A stretch of DNA of 64,000 nt from Eledone cirrhosa (GCA_964016885.1 OZ024743.1:78740001-78804000); one strand, 5' to 3'. Shown: positions 13,599 through 27,372, counted from the first letter of the stretch. The notes: generated from the sequence alone by a model not told the origin. Numbers and translations are program-made.

Positions 13599-14426
13599 AA
13601 TTACTTTTTCTTCAAGTTGTCATTTATCTTATTTTTTCTATTGATTCCTGTGAATGTATGGCTGAATATGCTTGGGCACCGCCTTCAGAAGTTTTCGCTG
13701 AAAATATTGATCCGAGCACAATTGTTTTGTGAATCACGGGACCCCAACTGATTATGAAACTCAGTTTAATCTGGTCAGTATTTTATACCGATTGCCGAGT
13801 GTTATTAGACATTATCACCTATGATCATATGACCACATGGGTTTGATCCAAATTCAAGCTACATACTTATTCCTTTATTCTGGTTTTTATTGTATATTTT
13901 TTGTTATTTGTCTCCTTTTCATTCTTTATTTTTCTAATTATTAATTAAACTTCTTCAAAATATAAATTTTTAAATCCAATAATCTTGCTTTCATAAATTT
14001 TTAATCTCTACAAACTTACATATAATGTATTATTCTAGGTTACTTTAAAGATATCTTCTAGAAACTCTCTAAATCTCAATCTCTACAACCTGACATATAA
14101 TATATTACTTTAGGTTACTGTGAAGATATATTCTAGAAACTCTCTAAATCTCACTCTCTACAACCTGTCATATGAAGTATTACTGCATGTTACTTTAAAG
14201 ATATCTTCTGTTAAATCTCTAAATCTCACACTCTATAATTTCAGTCATCCAGTTGTCAACATAATAGAACCTTCCTGTTATACTTAATGTATTTTACCAG
14301 GACCACAAAACAATAACATGACTATATCTCACTATAGAGTAGTTGATTTATGAACTAATTTGAATTTAATATACGTAACATTAGTTAGTATAGCTTTTAA
14401 ATATAATTTCTAATTTAAATAACATG

Positions 14427-14509
14427 AGCACGATGGCCGAGTGGTTAAGGCGTTCGACTTAAGTTCCAATGGACAATTGGCCGCGTGGGTTCGAACCCCA
14501 CTCGTGCTA
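14427..14509 (+). tRNA. trnL-TAA: tRNA-Leu(TAA) copy 15, G29C variant
   Basis: Same as copy 13. Confidence 0.7.
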
Positions 14510-15338
14510 AATTATTTTTTCTTCAAGTTGTCATTTATATTATTTTTTCTATTGATTCCTGTGAATGTATGGATGAATATGCTTGGGCACCGCCTTCAGA
14601 AGATTTCGCTAAAAGTATTGATCCGAGCACAAATGCTTTGTGAATCACGGGACCCCAACTGATTATGAAACTCAGTTTAATCTGGTCAGTATTTTATACC
14701 GATCGCCGAGTGTTATTAGACATTATCACCTATGACCATATGACCACATGGGTTTGATCCAAATTCAAGCTACATACTTATTCCTTTATTCTGGTTATTA
14801 TTGTATATTTTTTGTTATTTGTCTCCTTTTCATTCTTTATTTTTCTAATTATTAATTAAACTTCTTCAAAATATAAATTTTTAAATCCAATAATCTTGAT
14901 TTCATGAATTATCAATCTCTACAAACTTACATATAATGTATTATTCTAGGTTACTTTAAAGATATCTTCTAGAAACTCTCTAAATCTCAATCTCTACAAA
15001 CTGACATATAATATATTACTTTAGGTTACTGTAAAGATATCTTCTAGAAACTCTCTAAATCTCACTCTCTACAACCTGACATATAAAGTATTACTGCAGG
15101 TTACTTTATAGATATCTTCTAGTAACTCTCTAAATCTCACACTCTATAATTTCAGTCATCCAGTTGTCAACATAATAGAACCTTCCTGTTATACTTAATG
15201 TATTTTACCAGGACCACAAAACAATAACATGATTATATCTCACTATAGAGTAGTAGATTTATGAACTAATTTGAATTTAACATAGGTAACATTAGTTAGT
15301 ATAGCTTTTAAATATAATTTCATATTGTGAATAATATG

Positions 15339-15421
15339 AGCACGATGGCCGAGTGGTTAAGGCGTTGGACTTAAGTTCCAATGGACAAATGTCCGCGTGG
15401 GTTCGAACCCCACTCGCGCTA
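15339..15421 (+). tRNA. trnL-TAA: tRNA-Leu(TAA) copy 16 (T69C)
   Basis: One acceptor-stem mismatch. Confidence 0.85.
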
Positions 15422-16174
15422 AATTACTTTTTCTTCAAGTTGTCATTTATCTTATTTATTCTATTGATTCCTGTGAATGTATGGCTGAATATGCATGGGC
15501 ACCGCCTTTAGAAGATTTCGCTGAAAATATTGATCCGAGCACAATTGTTTTGTGAATCACGGGACCCCAACTGATTATGAAACTCAGTTTAATCTGGTCA
15601 GTATTTTATACCGATCGCCGAGTGTTATTAGACATTATCACCTATGACCATATGACCACATGGGTTTGATCCAAATTCAAGCTACATACTTATTCCTTTA
15701 TTCTGGTTATTATTGTATATTTTTTGTTATTTGTCTCCTTTTCATTCTTTATTTTTCTAATTATTAATTAAACTTCTTCAAAATATGGATTTTTAAATCC
15801 AATAATCTTGCTTTCATAAATTCTCAATCTCTACAAACTTACATATAATGTATTATTCTAGGTTACTTTAAAGATATCTTCTAGAAACTCTCTAAATCTC
15901 ACTCTCTACAACCTGTCATATGAAGTATTACTGCAGGTTACTTTATAGATATCTTCTGGTAACTCTCTAAATCTCACACTCCATAATTTCAGTCATCCAG
16001 TTGTCAACATAATAGAACCTTCCTATTATACTTAACGTATTTTACCAGAACCACAAAACAATAACATGACTATATCTCACTATAGAGTAGTAGATTTATG
16101 AACTAATTTGAATTTAACATACGTAAATTAGTTAGTATAGCTTTTAAATATGATTTCATATTTTGGATAATATG

Positions 16175-16257
16175 AGCACGATGGCCGAGTGGTTAAGGCG
16201 TTGGACTTAAGTTCCAATGGACAAATGTCCGCGTGGGTTCGAACCCCACTCGTGCTA
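16175..16257 (+). tRNA. trnL-TAA: tRNA-Leu(TAA) copy 17, consensus
   Basis: Perfect cloverleaf. Confidence 0.95.
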
Positions 16258-17086
16258 AATTATCTTTTCTTCAAGTTGTCATTTATTTTATTTATTCTAT
16301 TGATTCCTGTGATTGTACGGCTGAATATGCTTGGGCACCGCCTTCAGAAGTTTTCGCTGAAAATATTGATCCGAGCACAATTGTTTTGTGAATCACGGGA
16401 CCCCAACTGATTATGAAACTTATTTTAATCTGGTCAGTATTTTATACCGATCGCCGAGTGTTATTAGACATTACCACCTATGACCATATGACCACATGGG
16501 TTTGATCCAAATTCAAGCTACATACTTATTCCTTTATTCTGGTTTTTATTGTATATTTTTTGTTATTTGTCTCCTTTTCATTCTTTATTTTTCTAATTAT
16601 TAATTAAACTTCTTCAAAACATAAATTTTTAAATCCAATAATCTTGCTTTCATAAATTTTCAATCTCTACAACCTGACATATAATGTATTATTCTAGGTT
16701 ACTTTAAAGATATCTTCTAGAAACTCTCTAAATCTCAATCTCTACAACCTGACATATAATATATTACTTTAGGTTACTGTGAAGATATCTTCTAGAAACT
16801 CTCTAAATCTCACTCTCTACAACCTGACATATAATGTATTCCTGCAGGTTACTTTATAGATATCTTCTAGTAACTCTCTAAATCTCACACTCTATAATTT
16901 CAGTCATCCAGTTGTCAACATAATAGAACCTTCCTGTTATACTTAATGTATTTTACCAGGACTACAAAACAATAACATGATTATATCTCACTATAGAGTA
17001 GTAGATTTATGAACTAATTTGAATTTAACATACGTAACATTAGTTAGTATAGCTTTTAAATATAATTTCATATTGTGAATAATATG

Positions 17087-17169
17087 AGCACGTTGGCCGA
17101 GTGGTTAAGGCGTTGGAATTAAGTTCCAATGGACAAATGTTCGCGTGGGTTCGAACCCCACTCGCGCTA
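17087..17169 (+). tRNA. trnL-TAA: tRNA-Leu(TAA) copy 18, probably defective
   Basis: Same as copy 12. Confidence 0.6.
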
Positions 17170-17997
17170 AATTACTTTTTCTTCATGTTGTCAATTATCT
17201 TATTTATTCTATTGATTCCTGTGAATGTATGGCTGAATATGCATGGGCACCGCTTTCAGAAGATTTCGCTGAAAATATTGGTCCGAGCACAATTCTTTTG
17301 TGAATCACGGGACCCCAACTGATTATGAAACTCAGTTTAATCTGGTCAGTATTTTATACCGATCGCCGAGTGTTATTAGACATTATCACCTATGACCATA
17401 TGACCACATGGGTTTAATCCAAATTCAAGCTACATACTTCTTCCTTTATTCTGGTTTTTATTGTATATTTTTTGTTATTTGTCTCCTTTTCATTCTTTAT
17501 TTTTCTAATTATTAATTAAACTTCTTCAAAATATAAATTTTTAAATCCAATAATCTTGCTTTCATAAATTTTCAATCTCTACAAACTTACATATAATGTA
17601 TTATTCTAGGTTACTTTAAAGATATCTTCTAGAAACTCTCTAAATCTCAATCTCTACAACCTGACATATAATATATTACTTTAGGTTACTGTAAAGATAT
17701 CTTCTAGAAACTCTCTAAATCTCACTCTCTACAACCTGTCATATGAAGTATTACTGCAGGTTACTTTAAAGATATCTTCTGGTAACTCTCTAAATCTCAC
17801 ACTCTATAATTTCAGTCATCCAGTTGTCAACATAATAGAAACTTCCTGTTATACTTAATGTATTTTACCAGGACCACAAAACAATAACATGACTATATCT
17901 TACTATAGAGTAGTAGATTTATGAACTAATTTGAATTTAACATACGTAACATTAGTTAGTATAGCTTTTAAATATAATTTCTAATTTAAATAATATG

Positions 17998-18080
17998 AGC
18001 ACGATGGCCGAGTGGTTAAGGCGTTCGACTTAAGTTCCAATGGACAATTGGCCGCGTGGGTTCGAACCCCACTCGTGCTA
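17998..18080 (+). tRNA. trnL-TAA: tRNA-Leu(TAA) copy 19, G29C variant
   Basis: Same as copy 13. Confidence 0.7.
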
Positions 18081-18909
18081 AATTATTTTTTCTTCAAGTT
18101 GTCATTTATCTTATTTTTTCTATTGATTCCTGTGAATGTATGGCTGAATATGCTTGGGCACGGCCTTCAGAAGTTTTCGCTGAAAATATTGATCCGAGCA
18201 CAATTTTTTTGTGAATCACGGGACCCCAACTGATTATGAAACTCAGTTTAATCTGGTCAGTATTTTATACCGATCGCCGAGTGTTATTAGACATTACCAC
18301 CTATGACCAAATGACCACATGGGTTTGATCCAAATTCAAGCTACATACTTATTCCTTTATTCTGGTTTTTATTGTATATTTTTTGTTATTTGTCTCCTTT
18401 TCATTCTTTATTTTTCTAATTATTAATTAAACTTCTTCTAAATATAAATTTTTAAATCCAATAATCTTGCTTTCATAAATTTTCAATCTCTACAACCTGA
18501 CATATAATATATTACTTTAGGTTACTGTAAAGATATCTTCTAGAAACTCTCTAAATCTCAATCTCTACAACCTGACATATAATATATCACTTTAGGTTAC
18601 TGTGAAGATATCTTCTAGAAACTCTCTAAATCTCACTCTCTACAACCTGACATATAAAGTATTACTGCAGGTTACTTTATAGATATCTTCTAGTAACTCT
18701 CTAAATCTCACACTCTATAATTTCAGTCATCCAGTTGTCAACATAATAGAACCTTCCTGTTATACGTAATGTATTTTACCAGGACCACAAAACAATAACA
18801 TGACTATATCTCACTATAGAGTAGTAGATTTATGAACTAATTTGAATTTAACATAGGTAACATTAGTTAGTATAGCTTTTAAATATAATTTCATATTGTG
18901 AATAATATG

Positions 18910-18992
18910 AGCACGTTGGCCGAGTGGTTAAGGCGTTGGACTTAAGTTCCAATGGACAAATGTCCGCGTGGGTTCGAACCCCACTCGCGCTA
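18910..18992 (+). tRNA. trnL-TAA: tRNA-Leu(TAA) copy 20, variant
   Basis: Same as copy 14. Confidence 0.7.
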
Positions 18993-19820
18993 AATTACTT
19001 TTTCTTCAAGTTGTCATTTATCTTATTTTTTCTATTGATTCCTGTGAATGTATGGCTGAATATGCTTGGGCACCGCCTTCAGAAGTTTTCGCTGAAAATA
19101 TTGATCCGAGCACAATTGTTTTGTGAATCACGGGACCCCAACTGATTATGAAACTCAGTTTAATCTGGTCAGTATTTTATACCGATTGCCGAGTGTTATT
19201 AGACATTATCACCTATGATCATATGACCACATGGGTTTGATCCAAATTCAAGCTACATACTTATTCCTTTATTCTGGTTTTTATTGTATATTTTTTGTTA
19301 TTTGTCTCCTTTTCATTCTTTATTTTTCTAATTATTAATTAAACTTCTTCAAAATATAAATTTTTAAATCCAATAATCTTGCTTTCATAAATTTTCAATC
19401 TCTACAAACTTACATATAATGTATTATTCTAGGTTACTTTAAAGATATCTTCTAGAAACTCTCTAAATCTCAATCTCTACAACCTGACATATAATATATT
19501 ACTTTAGGTTACTGTGAAGATATATTCTAGAAACTCTCTAAATCTCACTCTCTACAACCTGTCATATGAAGTATTACTGCATGTTACTTTAAAGATATCT
19601 TCTGTTAAATCTCTAAATCTCACACTCTATAATTTCAGTCATCCAGTTGTCAACATAATAGAACCTTCCTGTTATACTTAATGTATTTTATTAGGACCAC
19701 AAAACAATAACATGACTATATCTCACTATAGAGTAGTTGATTTATGAACTAATTTGAATTTAATATACGTAACATTAGTTAGTATAGCTTTTAAATATAA
19801 TTTCTAATTTAAATAACATG

Positions 19821-19903
19821 AGCACGATGGCCGAGTGGTTAAGGCGTTCGACTTAAGTTCCAATGGACAATTGGCCGCGTGGGTTCGAACCCCACTCGTG
19901 CTA
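19821..19903 (+). tRNA. trnL-TAA: tRNA-Leu(TAA) copy 21, G29C variant
   Basis: Same as copy 15. Confidence 0.7.
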
Positions 19904-20732
19904 AATTATTATTTCTTCAAGTTGTCATTTATCTTATTTTTTCTATTGATTCCTGTGAATGTATGGATGAATATGCTTGGGCACCGCCTTCAGAAGATTT
20001 CGCTAAAAATATTGATCCGAGCACAAATGCTTTGTGAATCACGGGACCCCAACTGATTATGAAACTCAGTTTAATCTGGTCAGTATTTTATACCGATCGC
20101 CGAGTGTTATTAGACATTATCACCTATGACCATATGACCACATGGGTTTGATCCAAATTCAAGCTACATACTTATTCCTTTATTCTGGTTATTATTGTAT
20201 ATTTTTTGTTATTTGTCTCCTTTTCATTCTTTATTTTTCTAATTATTAATTAAACTTCTTCAAAATATAAATTTTTAAATCCAATAATCTTGATTTCATG
20301 AATTATCAATCTCTACAAACTTACATATAATGTATTATTCTAGGTTACTTTAAAGATATCTTCTAGAAACTCTCTAAATCTCAATCTCTACAAACTGACA
20401 TATAATATATTACTTTAGGTTACTGTAAAGATATCTTCTAGAAACTCTCTAAATCTCACTCTCTACAACCTGACATATAAAGTATTACTGCAGGTTACTT
20501 TATAGATATCTTCTAGTAACTCTCTAAATCTCACACTCTATAATTTCAGTCATCCAGTTGTCAACATAATAGAACCTTCCTGTTATACTTAATGTATTTT
20601 ACCAGGACCACAAAACAATAACATGATTATATCTCACTATAGAGTAGTAGATTTATGAACTAATTTGAATTTAACATAGGTAACATTAGTTAGTATAGCT
20701 TTTAAATATAATTTCATATTGTGAATAATATG

Positions 20733-20815
20733 AGCACGATGGCCGAGTGGTTAAGGCGTTGGACTTAAGTTCCAATGGACAAATGTCCGCGTGGGTTCGA
20801 ACCCCACTCGTGCTA
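20733..20815 (+). tRNA. trnL-TAA: tRNA-Leu(TAA) copy 22, consensus
   Basis: Perfect cloverleaf. Confidence 0.95.
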
Positions 20816-21569
20816 AATTATCTTTTCTTCAAGTTGTCATTTATTTTATTTATTCTATTGATTCCTGTGATTGTACGGCTGAATATGCTTGGGCACCGCC
20901 TTCAGAAGTTTTCGCTGAAAATATTGATCCGAGCACAATTATTTTGTGAATCACGGGACCCCAACTGATTATGAAACTTATTTTAATCTGGTCAGTATTT
21001 TATACCGATCGCCGAGTGTTATTAGACATTACCACCTATGACCAAATGACCACATGGGTTTGATCCAAATTCAAGCTACATACTTATTCCTTTATTCTAG
21101 TTTTTATTGTATATTTTTTGTTATTTGTCTCCTTTTCATTCTTTATTTTTCTAATTATTAATTAAACTTCTTCTAAATATAAATTTTTAAATCCAATAAT
21201 CTTGCTTTCATAAATTTTCAATCTCTACAACCTGACATAGAATATATTACTTTAGGTTACTGTGAAGATATCTTCTAGAAACTCTCTAAATCTCACTCTC
21301 TACAACCTGACATATAAAGTATTCCTGCAGGTTACTTTATAGATATCTTCTAGTAACTCTCTAAATCTCACACTCTATAATTTCAGTCATCCAGTTGTCA
21401 ATATAATAGAACCTTCCTGTTATACTTAATGTATTTTACCAGGACCCCAAAACAATAACATGACTATATCTCACTATAGAGTAGTAGATTTATGAACTAA
21501 TTTGAATTTAACATACGTAACATTAGTTAGTATAGCTTTTAAATATAATTTCATACTGTGAATAATATG

Positions 21570-21652
21570 AGCACGATGGCCGAGTGGTTAAGGCGTTGGA
21601 CTTAAATTCCAATGGAAAAATTTCCGCGTGGGTTCGAACCCCCCTCGTGCTA
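21570..21652 (+). tRNA. trnL-TAA: tRNA-Leu(TAA) copy 23, variant
   Basis: G37A, A64C and compensated variable arm GGAA/TTCC. Confidence 0.7.
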
Positions 21653-22480
21653 AATTATTTTTTCTTCAAGTTGTCATTTATTTTATTTATTCTATTGATT
21701 CCTTTGATTGTATGGCTGAATATTCTTTGGCACCGCCTTGAGAAGATTACGCTGAAAATATTGATCCGAGCACAATTGTTTTGTGAATCACGGGACCCCA
21801 ACTGATTATGAATCTCAGTTTAATCTGGTCAGTATGTTATACCGATCGCCGAGTGTTATTAGACATTATCACCTATGACCAAATGACCACATGTGTTTGA
21901 TCCACATTCAAGCTACATACTTATTCCTTTATTCTGGTTTTTATTGTATATTTTTTGTTATTTGTCTCCTTTTCATTCTTTATTTTTCTAATTATTAATT
22001 AAACTTCTTCAAAATATAAATTTTTAAATCCAATAATCTTGATTTCATGAATTATCAATCTCTACAAACTTACATATAATGTATTATTCTAGGTTACTTT
22101 AAAGATATCTTCTAGAAACTCTCTAAATCTCAATCTCTACAAACTGACATATAATATATTACTTTAGGTTACTGTAAAGATATCTTCTAGAAACTCTCTA
22201 AATCTCACTCTCTACAACCTGACATATAAAGTATTACTGCAGGTTACTTTATAGATATCTTCTAGTAACTCTCTAAATCTCACACTCTATAATTTCAGTC
22301 ATCCAGTTGTCAACATAATAGAACCTTCCTGTTATACGTAATGTATTTTACCAGGACCCCAAAACAATAACATGATTATATCTCACTATAGAGTAGTAGA
22401 TTTATGAACTAATTTGAATTTAACATACGTAACATTAGTTAGTATAGCTTTTAAATATAATTTCTATTTTGAATAATATG

Positions 22481-22563
22481 AGCACGATGGCCGAGTGGTT
22501 AAGGCGTTGGACTTAAGTTCCAATGGACAAATGTCCGCGTGTGTTCGAACCCCGCGCGTGCTA
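22481..22563 (+). pseudogene. trnL-TAA: tRNA-Leu(TAA) copy 24, degenerate
   Basis: G52T, A64G and T66G disrupt the T and acceptor stems. Confidence 0.65.
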
Positions 22564-23317
22564 AATTATATTTTCTTCAAGTTGTCATTTATTTTATTTA
22601 TTCTATTGATTCCTGTGAATGTATGGCTGAATATGCTTGGGCACCGCCTTCAGAAGTTTTCGCTGAAAATATTGATCCGAGCACAAGTTTTTTGTGAATC
22701 ACGGGACCCCAACTGATTATGAAACTTATTTTAATCTGGTCAGTATTTTATACCCATCGCCGAGTGTTATTAGACATTACCACCTATGACCAAATGACCA
22801 CATGGGTTTGATCCAAATTCAGGCTACATACTTATTCCTTTATTCTGGTTTTTATTGTATATTTTTTGTTATTTATCTCCTTTTCATTCTTTATTTTTCT
22901 AATTATTAATTAAACTTCTTCAAAACATAAATTTTTAAATCCAATAATCTTGCTTTCATAAATTTTCAATCTCTACAACCTGACATATAATGTATTATTC
23001 TAGGTTACTTTAAAGATATCTTCTAGAAACTCTCTAAATCTCAATCTCTACAACCTGACATATAATATATTACTTTAGGTTACTGTAAAGATATCTTCTA
23101 GTAAGTCTCTAAATCTCACACTCTATAATTTCAGTCATCCAGTTGTCAAGATAATAGAACCTTCCTGTTATACTTAATGTATTTTCCCCGGACCCCAACA
23201 CAATAACATGACTATATCTCACTATAGAGTAGTAGATTTATGAACTAATTTGAATTTAACATACGCAACATTAGTTAGTATAGCTTTTAAATATAATTTC
23301 ATATTGTGAATAATATG

Positions 23318-23400
23318 AGCACGATGGCCGAGTGGTTAAGGCGTTGTACTTAAATTCCAATGTAAAAATGTCCGCGTTGGTTCGAACCCCACTCGTGCTA
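23318..23400 (+). pseudogene. trnL-TAA: tRNA-Leu(TAA) copy 25, degenerate
   Basis: Mismatches in the anticodon stem, variable arm and T stem. Confidence 0.7.
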
Positions 23401-24228
23401 AATTATTTTTTCTTCAAGTTGTCATTTATTTTATTTATTCTATTGATTCCTGTGAATGTATGGCTGAACATGCTTGGGCACCGCCTTCAGAAGATTTCGC
23501 TGAAAATATTGATCCGAGCACATTTGTTTTGTGAATCACGGGACCCCAACTGATTATGAAACTCAGTTTAATCTGGTCAGTATTTAATACCGATTGCCGA
23601 GTGTTATTAGACATTATCACCTATGACCATATGACCACATGGGTTTAATCCAAATTTAAGCTACATACTTATCCCTTTATTCTGGTTTTTATTGTATATT
23701 TTTTGTTATTTGTCTCCTTTTCATTCTTTATATTTCTAATTATTAATTAAACTTCTTCAAAATATAAATTTTTAAATCCAATAATCTTGATTTCATAAAT
23801 TTTCAATCTCTACAAACTTACATATAATGTATTATTCTGGGTTATTGTAAAGATATCTTCTAGAAACTCTCTAAATCTCAATCTCTACAACCTGACATAT
23901 AATATATTACTTTAGGTTACTGTAAAGATATCTTCTAGAAACTCTCTAAATCTCACTCTCTACAACCTGACATATAAAGTATTACTGCAGGTTACTTTAT
24001 AGATATCTTCTATAACTCTCTAAATCTCACACTCTATAATTTAAGTCATCCAGTTGTCAAGATAATAGAACCTTCCTGTTATACTTAATGTATTTTACCA
24101 GGACCACAAAACAATAACATGACTATATCTCACTATAGAGTAGTAGATTTATGAACTAATTTTAATTTAACATACGTAACATTAGTTAGTATAGCTTTTA
24201 AATATAATTTCATATTGCGCATAATATG

Positions 24229-24311
24229 AGCACGTTGGCCGAGTGGTTAAGGCGTTGGACTTATGTTCCAGTGGACAAATGTCCGCGTTGTTTCGAACCC
24301 CACTCGTGCTA
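24229..24311 (+). pseudogene. tRNA-Leu body with TAT anticodon (copy 26), degenerate
   Basis: Loop CTTATGT; A7T; T stem and B box damaged (GTTGTTTCGAAC). Confidence 0.75.
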
Positions 24312-25140
24312 AATTATTTTTTCTTCAAGTTGTCATTTATTTTATTTATTCTATTGATTCCTGTGAATGTATGGCTGAATATGCTTGGGCACCGCCTTCA
24401 GAAGATTTCGCTGAAAATATTGATCCGAGCACAATTGTTTTGTGAATCACGGGACCCCAACTGATTATGAAACTCAGTTTAATCTGGTCAGTATTTTATA
24501 CCCATCGCCGAGTGTTATTAGACATTATCACCTATGACCATATGACCACATAGGTTTGATCCAAATTCAAGCTACATACTTATTCCTTTATTCTCGTTTT
24601 TATTGTATATTTTTTGCTATTTGTCTCCTTTTCATTCTTTATTTTTCTAATTATTAATTAAACTTCTTCAAAATATAAATTATTAAATCCAATAATCTTG
24701 ATTTCATGAATTATCAATCTCTACAAACTTACATATAATGTATTATTCTAGGTTACTTTAAAGATATCTTCTAGAAACTCTCTAAATCTCAATCTCTACA
24801 AACTGACATATAATATATTACTTTAGGTTACTGTAAAGATATCTTCTAGAAACTCTCTAAATCTCACTCTCTACAACCTGACATATAAAGTATTACTGCA
24901 GGTTACTTTATAGATATCTTCTAGTAACTCTCTAAATCTCACACCCTATAATTTCAGTCATCCAGTTGTCAACATAATAGAACCTTCCTGTTATACTTAA
25001 TGTATTTTACCAGGACCACAAAACAATAACATGACTATATCTCACTCTAGAGTAGTAGATTTATGAACTAATTTGAATTTAACATACGTAACATTAGGTA
25101 GTATAGCTTTTAAATATAATTTCATATTTTGAATAATATG

Positions 25141-25223
25141 AACACGATGGCCGAGTGGTTAAGGCGTTGGACTTAAGTTCCAATGGACAAATGTCCGCGT
25201 GGGTTCGAACTCCACTCTTGCTA
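25141..25223 (+). pseudogene. trnL-TAA: tRNA-Leu(TAA) copy 27, degenerate
   Basis: G2A, C61T, G68T. Confidence 0.65.
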
Positions 25224-26042
25224 AATTATGTTTTCTTCAAGTTGTCATTTATTCCATTGATTCCTGTGATTGTATGGCTGAATATGCTTGTCACCGCCTT
25301 CAGAAGTTTTCGCTGAAAATATTGACCCGAGCACAATTTTTTTGTGAATCACGGGACCCCAACTGATTATGAAACTCAGTTTAATCTGGTCAGTATTTTA
25401 TACCGATCGCCGAATGTTATTAGACATTATCAACAATGACCAAATGACCACATGGGTTTGATCCAAATTCAAGCTACTTACTTATTTCTTTATTCTGGTT
25501 CTTATTGTATATTTTTTGTTATTTGTCTCCTTTTCATTCTTTATTTTTCTAATTATTAATTAAGCCTCTTCAAAATATAAATTTTTAAATCCAATAATCT
25601 GGCTTTCATAAATTTTCAATCTCTACAAACTTACATATAATGTATTATTCTAGGTTACTTTAAAGATATCTTCTAGAAACTCTCTAAATCTCAATCTCTA
25701 CAACCTGCCATATAATATATTACTTTAGGTTACTGTAAAGATATCTTCTAGAAACTCTCTAAATCTCACTCTCTACAACCTGACATATAAAGTATTACTG
25801 CAGGTTAACTTATAGATAACTTCTAGTAACTCTGTAAATCTCACACTCTATAATTTCAGTCATCCAGTTGTCAAGATAATAGAACCTTCCTGTTATACTT
25901 AATGTATTTTACCAGGACCACAAAACAATAACATGAATATATCTCACTATAGAGTAGTAGATTTATGAACTAATTTGAATTTAACATACGTAACATTAGT
26001 TAGTATAGCTTTTAAATATAATTTCATATTTTGAATAATATG

Positions 26043-26125
26043 AGCACGATGGCCGAGTGGTTAAGGCGTTGGACTTAAGTTCCAATGGACAAATGTCCGC
26101 GTGGGTTCGAACCCCACTCGTGCTA
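26043..26125 (+). tRNA. trnL-TAA: tRNA-Leu(TAA) copy 28, consensus
   Basis: Perfect cloverleaf. Confidence 0.95.
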
Positions 26126-27289
26126 AATTATATTTTCTTCAAGTTGTCATTTATTTTATTTATTCTATTGATTCCTGTGATTGTACGGCTGAATATGCTT
26201 GGGCACCGCCTTCAGAAGTTTTCTCTGAAAATATTGATCCGGGCACAATTTGTTTGTGAATCACGGGACCCCAACTGATTATGAAACTCAGTTTAATCTG
26301 GTCAGTATTTTATACCGATCGCCGACTGTTATTAGACATTATCACCTATGACCAAACGACCACATGGGTTTGATCCAAATTCAAGCTACATACTTATTAC
26401 TTTATTCTGGTTTTTTTTGTATATTTTTTGTTATTTGTCTCCTTTTCATTCTTTATTTTTCTAATTATTAATTAAACTTCTTCAAAATATAAATTTTTAA
26501 ATCCAATAATCTTTTTTTCATAAATTTTCAATCTCTACAAACTTACATATAATGTATTATTCTAGGTTACTTTAAAGATATCTTCTAGAAACTCTCTAAA
26601 TCTCACTCTCTACAATGTCAATCATCCAGTTGTCATAATAGAACCTTCCAATCATCCAGTTGTCATAATAGAACCTTCCTGTTATACTTTATATATAGGG
26701 TTGTAGAGAGTGAGATTTAGAGAGTTTCTAGAAGAAATCTATATCGTAGCCTACTGTAATACTTCATATGTCAGGTTGTAGAGAGTCAGATTTTGAACGT
26801 TTCTAGAAAATATCTTTCAAGTAACCTAGAATAATACATTATATGTAAGGTTGTAGATTTTGAAAAGTTATGAAAGCAAGATTATGAAAGAAAGATTATT
26901 GGATGTAAGAATTTATATTTTGAAGAAGTTTAATTAATATTTAGAAAAATTTAGAGTAATAATGAGACAAAAAACCAAAAAATATATAATAAAAATGAGA
27001 GTAAAGGAAAAAAGATGTAGCTTTAATTTGTATCAAACTCATGTGGTTATTTAGTCATAGGTGATAATGTTTAATACATTAACCACTCGGCAATTGGTAT
27101 AAAATACTGACCAGAGTATAAAATACTGAGTTTTATAATCAGTTGTGGTCCCATGGTCCACAAACTATTTTACTCGAATCAATATTTTCGGCGAAATCTT
27201 CTGAAGGCGGTGCTCGAGCATGTCAGCCGAACAATCACAGGAATCAATAGAACAAACAAAGGAAATGACAACTTGAAGGAAAAATACTT

Positions 27290-27372
27290 TAGCACGAGTG
27301 GGGTTCGAACCCACGCAGAGATTTGTTTATTGGAACTTAAGTCCAACGCCTTTACCACTTGGCCATCGTGCT
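27290..27372 (-). pseudogene. trnL-TAA: tRNA-Leu(TAA), degenerate (reverse copy 1)
   Basis: Acceptor, anticodon and T stems intact; variable arm disrupted; D-arm changes. Confidence 0.7.

Larger units (their letters stand above)
1412..26683 (+). repeat. Tandem array of 28 tRNA-Leu(TAA) gene units; unit ~911-912 bp, or ~837 bp when one 75-bp subrepeat is missing
   Basis: tRNA start spacings of ~912 or ~837; near-identical spacers, each with 2-3 copies of a 75-bp subrepeat. Confidence 0.97.

Noticed and set aside
1907-26278. Repeated 73-aa ORFs (MVKALDLSS...) as a multicopy membrane peptide family
   Set aside because: They start at a GTG inside the tRNA A box and owe their hydrophobicity to the T-rich trailer; several units have stops or frameshifts
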